Shown: positions 1 through 6,452 of the stretch, in pieces
How positions within the stretch are numbered: position 1 is the stretch's first letter
Layout: the number at the start of each line of letters is the position of its first letter
NCBI GenBank assembly: GCA_964440365.1
Contig: CAYTRX010000003.1
Coordinates: 1-43,128 of the forward strand
Source of the DNA: an uncultured Gammaproteobacteria bacterium
Lineage (GTDB): Bacteria > Patescibacteriota > Patescibacteriia > Patescibacteriales > UBA12465
Length of the DNA stretch: 43,128 nt
Reading direction: 5' to 3'
The notes under the pieces: model-generated
Databases searched by the model: none
What the model was told of the DNA's origin: nothing
The model's input: only the letters and a program-made list of their open reading frames with translations
Program-made: the position numbers and the translations under genes

Positions 1-107
1 CTCATCTAATCTTAGCCACACTAGTTCGAACTTCGTCCACGACCCCGAGCCAACACATTTTTGGTGTAGTAGACCGACAGCAGTCGTCTAATATTACTAA
101 AAAATTT

Positions 108-138
108 AAAGAACTCAGTTTAGGCTGAGTTCTTTTAG
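108..138 (+). terminator. Rho-independent terminator-like hairpin
   Basis: Stem AAAGAACTCAG (108-118) pairs with CTGAGTTCTTT (125-135) around a 6-nt loop, followed by a T-run. A-rich 5' flank could make it bidirectional. Confidence 0.6.
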
Positions 139-221
139 TTAAGTCAAATGAGTTAAAAAAGCTTTAAATGAAGGGTATCCTTAGTTCGAATCCGAGCCCT
201 GTTTATTTTTAACAGTAATAG

Positions 222-230
222 TGCTATAAT
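222..230 (+). promoter_or_regulatory. Extended -10 promoter element TGcTATAAT
   Basis: TG at 222-223 and TATAAT at 225-230, about 20 nt upstream of riboswitch stem P1. The -35 region (TTTATT) is weak. Confidence 0.4.
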
Positions 231-250
231 ATAATCACAATTGAATAATC

Positions 251-350
251 TTTTTATAAAGAGCGCAGTGAGGGAAATAGCCCGATGACCTGCTAGTAAC
301 CCTGAAGTAAACCATTCAGAAGGTGCTAAATCTAGCCCTAGATGGAAAAA
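251..350 (+). promoter_or_regulatory. SAM-I (S-box) riboswitch aptamer
   Basis: The conserved S-box blocks occur in canonical order: P1 5' strand TTTTTATA, AAGAG, GAGGGA, GCCCGATGA (k-turn), GTAACC, P3 hairpin CTGAA/TTCAG, AAGGTGCTAAATCTAGC, a short P4 hairpin, and P1 3' strand TGGAAAAA. Matched by eye to the known yitJ/metF-type consensus; no covariance model was run. Confidence 0.7.
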
Positions 351-461
351 ATAAAGGTCAATTTTTTATTTTCATCAATAAAAACTCTTTCTCAATCGTG
401 TGTATTTTTGGCGGATTGGTAGGAATTGTTATTAGGGGTATTACTTTATTAATAAAAAAAT

Positions 462-1667
462 ATGATAAAAACAAAAAGAAATAAAATACTTGGTTTTTTT
501 GGGGTGTTGATAGCTATTTTTATCTTAGTCGTCTTATTTTATAGCCCGATAATTTTTCAAGAAGGGAATCCCACGCCTTTGGCGAAAGGGATAATTCGAC
601 TAAATTTTACTCAAGACAAAATTATTAAATTGGACATGAACGGGGGCAGATATTTGACTAAGAGCAATAATGGTCAAGAAGTTATTAAATTATATATGAA
701 TGATAATGGGTATAATTTTATTGAACAAATGGGGTCTGGTTATTTTTTTCAATCCATAACAGGGGAAAGCGCTGTTGCGACTCATAAGCATTACAGTAGG
801 TTTTATTCGCTTTGGAATATAATAGAAAATATAAATAATACAGAAAGTAATAATGATTTGTGGACGACAATAACGACTGGTGATGGCATAACGTTTCAAT
901 ATCCGAAAGAAATATTGGCAGAGCATATTAGTGAAGCGAAGTGGCCGCCAAAATTAATAATTGAAGACAGGTCTTTTATTTGTAATCCGTCTGGTAATGA
1001 AATTCAACAGGGTGGGCAAACTGAACAACGTTTGGTTGACAACCGAGTATATTGCATAACTAAAGAAAGCGAAGGGGCGGCTGGTAGTATATATACTACT
1101 TATACTTACGAATTTCCGAAAGATCATCAAACTGGAGTTATCACTTTTACCCTACGCTTTGTTCAGTGTCAAAATTATGATGATCCAAAAGCGTCAGAGT
1201 GCGAAAGTGAACGATCCACTTTTGATATAGACGGCACTGTAGATAGAATTGTTCAAAGTATTAAAATTAAATCTGAACAATTATCTATCGCTGAAGAATT
1301 AAAAGACTGTTTACCAAAAAGTGATACAGCTAGTCATGAAAAATGTAATGAGTTGTTAGCTACAATCAGAAATTTCGATGATTGCGTTAAGGCTGGCTTT
1401 GCTATCATAAAATCAAATCCACCCCAATGTGCTTCACCAGATGATAGAACCTTTACTGACGAAACCAATAGCACTTGGGATGTAGTTTTAGCAGCTCTTA
1501 ATAATTGTGAAGTTGAGAGCGTTTTCCAAACTCATAGTAAGCTGGTTACTCTCAATCTTAAAAATGGCAATGAGCTGACAGCCTATGAACCTCAAATTGA
1601 TGATGTGATGGAGGTGGTTGATGGATTAAAGGGCAGGTGTAGTGATGTTAGAATGGCTACCGAATAG
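462..1667 (+). CDS. Hypothetical membrane-anchored, Cys-rich extracytoplasmic protein (401 aa)
   Basis: Long ORF with an N-terminal basic stretch plus one hydrophobic helix (ILGFFGVLIAIFILVVLFY). The rest is soluble with paired Cys residues in the C-terminal half. No family recognised. Confidence 0.75.
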   Translation: MIKTKRNKILGFFGVLIAIFILVVLFYSPIIFQEGNPTPLAKGIIRLNFTQDKIIKLDMNGGRYLTKSNNGQEVIKLYMNDNGYNFIEQMGSGYFFQSITGESAVATHKHYSRFYSLWNIIENINNTESNNDLWTTITTGDGITFQYPKEILAEHISEAKWPPKLIIEDRSFICNPSGNEIQQGGQTEQRLVDNRVYCITKESEGAAGSIYTTYTYEFPKDHQTGVITFTLRFVQCQNYDDPKASECESERSTFDIDGTVDRIVQSIKIKSEQLSIAEELKDCLPKSDTASHEKCNELLATIRNFDDCVKAGFAIIKSNPPQCASPDDRTFTDETNSTWDVVLAALNNCEVESVFQTHSKLVTLNLKNGNELTAYEPQIDDVMEVVDGLKGRCSDVRMATE

Positions 1668-1778
1668 AGAAATAGTACTAGTAATCGGATTCGAAACTTT
1701 TTAATTAGATGTCTTTAGAAATAATTTAGCTAATATTAGATGCTGAGAAGGGAAATCGTGTTTTAAGACCGACTCCTG

Positions 1779-1800
1779 TTCGAATCCCATGGCGGGAGCC
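1779..1800 (+). other. tRNA 3'-end-like fragment (T-loop TTCGAAT, T-stem 3' strand CCCAT, acceptor 3' strand GGCGGGA, discriminator G, then CC)
   Basis: The layout matches the 3' third of a tRNA; U1-A72 with discriminator G is the style of tRNA-Asn. The upstream sequence cannot form the matching T-stem, acceptor or anticodon arm, so this is a fragment rather than a gene. Confidence 0.4.
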
Positions 1801-1889
1801 GCGTATAAATAAATAAAAATACCCATATAAAATGGGTATTTTTATTTATCACGCGGCCACGTGAACACCGAAGGTGTTTTTACGTGGCC
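1798..1889 (+). other. Two adjacent GC-clamped nested hairpins
   Basis: H1 spans 1798-1857: a GCCGCG/CGCGGC clamp, an internal loop, a ~17-bp AT-rich stem and a 7-nt loop. H2 spans 1855-1889: GGCCACGT/ACGTGGCC enclosing AACACC-GAA-GGTGTT. They share 3 nt, so they are partly mutually exclusive. Confidence 0.5.
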
Positions 1890-1917
1890 ATTAAACCATT
1901 GATACTTAATATAATAG

Positions 1918-1942
1918 ACCACTAAAATATAGTGGTTTTTTT
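1918..1942 (+). terminator. Rho-independent terminator
   Basis: Stem ACCACTA/TAGTGGT with a 5-nt loop, followed by TTTTTT. Confidence 0.6.
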
Positions 1943-1953
1943 CTTAATTTTGC

Positions 1954-1982
1954 TTGACCGAGTATTTAAAGTTTTATATACT
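1954..1982 (+). promoter_or_regulatory. Sigma70-like promoter (TTGACC, 17 nt, TATACT)
   Basis: -35 at 1954-1959, exact 17-nt spacer, -10 at 1977-1982, about 60 nt upstream of the ATG at 2041. Confidence 0.45.
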
Positions 1983-2040
1983 AATCATAAAACATATAAA
2001 TTTTTTGTGTTTTACTTGATAGTGTAATAAAAATAAAAAT

Positions 2041-2643
2041 ATGAAAGGAGTTGTTTATATAATGACAACAGCTGTTTCTGGTTTGATTAAAATAGGTCAA
2101 ACTGGTACAGCTAATTTTCAGGAGAGAATGCGTTTTCTGGAGGCAAATGGTTATTATAATGTATCTGGTCTTAAAAGATTTTTTGCTATTGAGCTTGATG
2201 ATTATACTAATAAGGAGAATCTTTTAAAGGAGATTTTTAACAAACATCGTGTTGGAGATAGTGAATTATTTGCTCTTGATTATGATTTGGTGCGACAGCT
2301 TTTATTATCGTTTGATGGTAGGGTGGTTTATCCTAAGGGTATAAACAAAAAAAAGGAATTTGATAAAGTTGTAAAAGCAAGAGAGCAGGGAGCGAGATTT
2401 AGTTTTTATAGAAAAGGAATAAAGAATGGAGAAAAAATTACTTTTGTAGATGATAAAGAGATTAGTGCAAAAGTGGTTGGCGAGCGTGAAGTGGAATATG
2501 GTGAGCAAGTTTGGAAACTTTCACCTTTGACTTATAAGATATATGAGCAAAAAGGAAGATTGAATGATAGTGGAGCATATCAGGGAGCTCGTTATTGGCA
2601 ATATAATGGCAAAAGATTAGGAGATTTACCTGATATCAATTAG
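2041..2643 (+). CDS. GIY-YIG superfamily / T5orf172-type nuclease domain protein with a DUF4357-like C-terminal region
   Basis: N-terminus GVVYIMT...GLIKIGQTGT...RMRFLE fits the T5orf172 (GIY-YIG-like) pattern. The C-terminal half is lysine-rich. Family assigned from motif memory only. Confidence 0.6.
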   Translation: MKGVVYIMTTAVSGLIKIGQTGTANFQERMRFLEANGYYNVSGLKRFFAIELDDYTNKENLLKEIFNKHRVGDSELFALDYDLVRQLLLSFDGRVVYPKGINKKKEFDKVVKAREQGARFSFYRKGIKNGEKITFVDDKEISAKVVGEREVEYGEQVWKLSPLTYKIYEQKGRLNDSGAYQGARYWQYNGKRLGDLPDIN

Positions 2644-2723
2644 ATTAAAATAGAGTGTAATCTATAATTTATTATAAATATTATGTTGGTTATCGTTCCG
2701 CTACCTTACCGGAACTACTTGCT

Positions 2724-2927
2724 TTGGGTGAGATTTATCCCGAACTTCAAAAAGAGTTTTCTATTGTGGCTTTGGGTTCTTTCTGGCACGATATTTATAA
2801 TGAGCGTGTTGTGCCCACTCTCGGTTTACTTCACGGTAAGCGCGATCTTGATCAATCTCTTTTTATCGGTGATTGGAATGATGATTGCCGTTTTTTAGCC
2901 GTTAAAATAACTCTTTCGGATAATTAA
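2724..2927 (+). pseudogene. Possible gene remnant or small ORF without an ATG start
   Basis: The frame is open from 2661 with protein-like composition (..ATLPELLALGEIYPELQKEFSIVALGSFWHDIYNERVV..FIGDWNDDCRFLAVK) but has only a TTG start. It looks GC-richer than its flanks and is followed by a good terminator. Confidence 0.25.
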
Positions 2928-2934
2928 GTTAAAT

Positions 2935-2966
2935 CCCGCTTCTCAATGTAGAGCGGGTTTTTTATT
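2935..2966 (+). terminator. Rho-independent terminator
   Basis: CCCGCT/AGCGGG stem followed by TTTTTTATTTT. Confidence 0.65.
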
Positions 2967-3062
2967 TTAAATTATATTAAGATAATTATGAAAATTAGGC
3001 AAATCAGCCCATAATTAAGGCTTTGAGATAATATATACATATATTTAGTAGTTTTTCTAAGC

Positions 3063-3092
3063 AATAATATATATCTTTACTTAAATCTTATT
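3063..3092 (+). repeat. Direct repeat copy 1 (AATAATATATATCTTTACTTAAATCTTATT)
   Basis: 29/30 identical to 5554-5583. Weaker similarity extends about 15 nt further upstream in both copies (GTTTTTcTAAgcAATAAT versus GTTTTTgTAAatAATAAT). Confidence 0.8.
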
Positions 3093-3103
3093 ATAAATTG
3101 GAT

Positions 3104-3131
3104 TAAAAAAAACCGCTTTTTATAGCGGTTT
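3104..3131 (-). terminator. Rho-independent terminator of the GT2 gene
   Basis: On the - strand, stem AACCGCT/AGCGGTT is followed by a run of 8 T, 15 nt after the stop codon. Confidence 0.7.
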
Positions 3132-3145
3132 AAGATTTTAAATTT

Positions 3146-5413
3146 CTAAAAACAATAATATAACCTAATATTTCCAAAAATAAGTCCGTAAGAACCGAAC
3201 TCGCTCATGGCATTAGAGTAGATTATTGATAGGTCTAGGGATATTTTTTTGGTAATATCGCCCTTTGTTGTTATTTTTAGACAATAAAGACCTTTTTGAT
3301 ACTCATTAACAATTTGCAATCCTCCTCCAAGTTCCGGTTTAATTATGATATTATCATTAAAAACCGCAATATTCTTATGCACACTTATTGTGTGAGTATC
3401 AAATCTTTTGGGGCAGAAATAATACAAAGATGTATTATTGGCTCTTATGAGCTTATTGGTGAAGTTTATTACAAACCAATCTTTAACCACCCAGATAACT
3501 TTAGCGGTATAAATATTTTTTAAATTATTGTCGGTAAATTGTTGGTTAGTATAAGCACCTACAAGAGTGATTTTTTTAATGGTAAAATCTAATGAAATAC
3601 CATTAGAAAATACTGAGTGCCTATCTTCTATTGCTTCTTTAGTCTCGATAAGAGATCGAGAAAACATTAGTTCTATATGAGCATTTTTAAAGGGATCAAT
3701 AGCGATTACTCCGTCATACAGGAATGGTTTCCATTTAGAAAAACATTGTTCAGCTGACACATCAAAGGTAATGCGCTTCATTTTGTAATAAGCGCTAAGT
3801 CCAGTGTAGGGGATGTTATTTTTATAATCCTTATTTTTGTTGGCGATTAATGTATTACCAGTTTTTATAGTAAAAAATAAGGAATCTTTTCCAATTCCAT
3901 ACCCTACCCATGATTTTAGCACGATATTTTTATCACTATCTTTAAGAATATCTGATCCTAGTTCGACTCTATTATTATTTTGTGAAAACACTAAACCTGA
4001 TGAGAGCAAGAAAAAGAGTGTCATGCCTATGAGCTTGCTTTTTTTTGTTCCCCAATTTTTCTTTAGTTTTAGTATTTCACTAAAATAACCAGCAAGAGTT
4101 GCCGGAGTTTGTATAACTTGGAAAAATATCACATAAAGTATCATCCCAATTACATTTTTAGACATAGACAAGCCTATGTCTCGAAATGTTTTTCTCTGAA
4201 CAAGGTATAAGATTGTTGTCAAAGATAGACTAAGAGGTATAACCCATAAGGTTTTTTCGCCAGCCAGTAAATGATAATCAAAGAATAAGGAAGCAATTAT
4301 TGATGGCACAAAAATAAAAGCAAAAACAAAATCAATATAAGGAAATAATAGATTATACCAAATAAAGATTGTTGATAACCTTGCTTTAAAAAGTAGCCTC
4401 CAATTTACACGAAAAGCCTCAATCATTCCTCTTGACCATCTTTTTCTTTGATGAAAAAACATCTTGTAAGTAGTCGGCGTGTCCGTTAAGGCAATTGCCT
4501 TGGTACAGTGGTAGGTTTTGTGACCCGCTTTGAGAATGTCCCAAGATAGAACGATGTCTTCGCCAACGACTTGCTTCCATCCACCCATTTCAATCAATAA
4601 TGATTTATAATAAGCTGAGAAAGCGCCTTGGCAGACTAAAGTTCCGGAATACATCGATTGTATTCTTTTAACTAGTGATATTCCAAATAGATAATCCCAT
4701 TCCTGTATTCTGGTTATCCAGCTTTTTTTGGGATTACGAGACACTACTGCTCCAGCTACCGAACGATTTTCGTTATTTAAATGACACACTAACATCTGAA
4801 GAGAGTTACTTGTTCCTAGAGTTGTGTCAGCATCCATTGAAACAATAACGTCATACCGAGATTCTTTTAGTCCCGCATTTAAAGCAGCAGATTTACCACT
4901 ATTTGTCTCTAATGTTATTAAGCGATAATAGTGTTTTCTTTGTTGTTTTGAAATAAAATTTCTAACAACATCTGAAGTTTTATCGCTTGAACCATCGTCA
5001 ATTACAATGATTTCTAGCTCGCCCTTAAATTCCTGAGCTTCAATTGCTTCCAAAGGTTTTAATACATTTTCTTCTTCGTTGAAGGCAGCGATTAAAACAG
5101 TGGTATTTATTACCTTATCAAGATCTACTTTATGTCTTTTGTCAAAGGCCATTGAGCAATACATAAACATAATAATAAATCCAGGAATAAAGGCGATTCC
5201 AGATAGGGCAAATAGCATAAAAAATAACGAAGTTATTTCTCGTACTTCAGCAATCCACCCTTTCGCAATCCAGATCGATATTCCCATCCATAAAGATGCT
5301 AAGAATATCGAAACAATAAACTTGGCACACAGCCGTTTTCTACTTCTTGATTCTTTTTTGTCATCAAATGAGGTGTCAGCTTTTTCTTCCATTATTTTTT
5401 CATTTTCATTCAT
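3146..5413 (-). CDS. Processive family-2 glycosyltransferase (PgaC/IcaA/cellulose-synthase-like) fused in frame to a C-terminal signal-peptide plus beta-barrel-like module
   Basis: GT2 motifs DDGS, SMDADT, GEDIVLS and QRKRWSRG lie between flanking TM helices (aa 1-455). From aa 456 there is a Sec-signal-like segment (KKSKLIGMTLFFLLSSGLVFSQ), then about 275 aa of beta-rich sequence ending ..GNIRLYYCF. Confidence 0.8.
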   Translation of the reverse strand: MNENEKIMEEKADTSFDDKKESRSRKRLCAKFIVSIFLASLWMGISIWIAKGWIAEVREITSLFFMLFALSGIAFIPGFIIMFMYCSMAFDKRHKVDLDKVINTTVLIAAFNEEENVLKPLEAIEAQEFKGELEIIVIDDGSSDKTSDVVRNFISKQQRKHYYRLITLETNSGKSAALNAGLKESRYDVIVSMDADTTLGTSNSLQMLVCHLNNENRSVAGAVVSRNPKKSWITRIQEWDYLFGISLVKRIQSMYSGTLVCQGAFSAYYKSLLIEMGGWKQVVGEDIVLSWDILKAGHKTYHCTKAIALTDTPTTYKMFFHQRKRWSRGMIEAFRVNWRLLFKARLSTIFIWYNLLFPYIDFVFAFIFVPSIIASLFFDYHLLAGEKTLWVIPLSLSLTTILYLVQRKTFRDIGLSMSKNVIGMILYVIFFQVIQTPATLAGYFSEILKLKKNWGTKKSKLIGMTLFFLLSSGLVFSQNNNRVELGSDILKDSDKNIVLKSWVGYGIGKDSLFFTIKTGNTLIANKNKDYKNNIPYTGLSAYYKMKRITFDVSAEQCFSKWKPFLYDGVIAIDPFKNAHIELMFSRSLIETKEAIEDRHSVFSNGISLDFTIKKITLVGAYTNQQFTDNNLKNIYTAKVIWVVKDWFVINFTNKLIRANNTSLYYFCPKRFDTHTISVHKNIAVFNDNIIIKPELGGGLQIVNEYQKGLYCLKITTKGDITKKISLDLSIIYSNAMSEFGSYGLIFGNIRLYYCF

Positions 5414-5553
5414 TTTATATTTTTTTTTTATTTAGTTGTAAATGTTCTTAATAAATTAATTAAAAATTAATTATTTAATAATTAAATAACAAATTAATAA
5501 AAATGTCAAGATGTGTAGGTAATATGCACATACATTTGGCGGTTTTTGTAAAT

Positions 5554-5583
5554 AATAATATATATTTTTACTTAAATCTTATT
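5554..5583 (+). repeat. Direct repeat copy 2 (AATAATATATATTTTTACTTAAATCTTATT)
   Basis: 29/30 identical to 3063-3092. Lies between the GT2 start and the pgeF start. Confidence 0.8.
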
Positions 5584-5616
5584 GGGTTATTGATATGATT
5601 ATGATATAATATAGGC

Positions 5617-6306
5617 ATGAAAAATAATAAAAAAATTTCTTTCGGAATTTCTAAAAAAACAGATGGGCAAATGATATTAAGCGATGACCCGGGTCCTTTT
5701 TTAAATAGAAAAAAATTTTTTAATAAAAAAAATATTGATATAAAAAATGTTGTTTCGGCAAAGCTTAATCATGGAAATAGTGTTAAGGTTGTTAATAAAA
5801 ACTCCCGAGGAAAAATAATTAATTCAGTTGATGCTTTAATAAGTGGGGATCGCCAAGTTTGTTTATCTGTTACCGTTGGTGATTGTCTTCCAATATTGTT
5901 TTATGATGATAAAAATCAAATAATTGGCATCGCTCATTCTGGTTGGAGGGGTACTTTAAGTAATATTAGTTTTGCTGTTATCAAAAAAATGGAAGAAAAT
6001 TTTAAATCTAATCCTAAAAACATTAAAATCTTCATTGGCCCTCATATTAAAAAATGTCATTTTGAAATAAAGAAAGATCTTATTGATAAATTTAAAATAT
6101 ATAATAAATATATTATTTATCGAGATGATAAAATTTTTGTTGATTTAGAGAAGATTATTGTTGCCCAACTTTTGGAAGTGGGGGTGCTTAAAAATAATAT
6201 AAGTATTTCTGGTATCTGTACTTATTGTAATAAAAATTATTTTTCTTTTCGTCGAGATCGTCCCGAAAAAGTAGCCTCACAAATAGCCTATATTATGTTA
6301 AATTAA
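5617..6306 (+). CDS. pgeF: Peptidoglycan editing factor PgeF / YfiH (DUF152, laccase-domain) family protein
   Basis: Motifs GDCLPI, IAHSGWRGT and C-terminal CTYC..FSFRRD are typical of the YfiH family. Confidence 0.8.
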   Translation: MKNNKKISFGISKKTDGQMILSDDPGPFLNRKKFFNKKNIDIKNVVSAKLNHGNSVKVVNKNSRGKIINSVDALISGDRQVCLSVTVGDCLPILFYDDKNQIIGIAHSGWRGTLSNISFAVIKKMEENFKSNPKNIKIFIGPHIKKCHFEIKKDLIDKFKIYNKYIIYRDDKIFVDLEKIIVAQLLEVGVLKNNISISGICTYCNKNYFSFRRDRPEKVASQIAYIMLN

Positions 6307-6336
6307 GTTTTTATTATTAAATTATAAAACAAAAAT

Positions 6337-6368
6337 AAGGCAAGAGTTTTTTACCCTTGCCTTTTTAA
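6337..6368 (+). terminator. Rho-independent terminator
   Basis: AAGGCAAG/CTTGCCTT stem followed by TTTTT. Confidence 0.6.
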
Positions 6369-6452
6369 AAGATTTTAGTTAAGATGAAGTATTAAAAAGA
6401 TCTTTAACAAGAATAAAAATAGCACAAAATATATTAACCAAAAATTATCAAA

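Noticed and set aside
1-127. Possible 3' end of a + strand CDS running in from the left edge (frame 2 stops at 89-91, frame 3 at 125-127) or the end of a structured RNA
   Set aside because: The fragment is too short and unrecognisable to call. The GC-rich composition and the terminator at 108-138 fit either option. No rRNA, RNase P or SRP signature could be matched convincingly.
170-204. T-loop-like motifs at 184-196 and 1778-1790 as bona fide tRNA genes, and a tmRNA 3' end at 1771-1801
   Set aside because: Manual folding fails. No complementary T-stem 5' strand, acceptor 5' strand or anticodon arm lies at the required distances. The acceptor sequence does not match the tmRNA GGGG.../...CCACCA style.
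347-377. Hairpin AAAATAAA/TTTATTTT after the riboswitch as its intrinsic terminator
   Set aside because: It is an all-A/U 8-bp stem with no proper U-tract directly after it, so it is too weak to call. The riboswitch expression platform is left unresolved.
690-926. Short antisense or overlapping ORFs inside clearly real genes. Examples: 690-926, 2305-2508, 3296-3523, 3837-4088, 5079-5435, 7044-7226, 9035-9256, 10490-10699, 12033-12272, 13470-13694, 14033-14320, 14576-14803, 15611-15796, 16206-16388, 21824-22054, 23056-23301, 26502-26687, 30309-30650, 31965-32237, 32498-32719, 35171-35377, 38399-38698, 38768-38965 and 39456-39650.
   Set aside because: Each lies fully within a longer ORF that has strong family motifs. 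Their compositions are low-complexity or typical of shadow frames in AT-rich DNA.
2683-2898. ATG-initiated 71-aa very hydrophobic ORF overlapping the 2724-2927 frame
   Set aside because: It looks like an out-of-frame reading of the more protein-like frame (L/F/V-rich shadow). It cannot be excluded as a membrane peptide, but there is no supporting signal.
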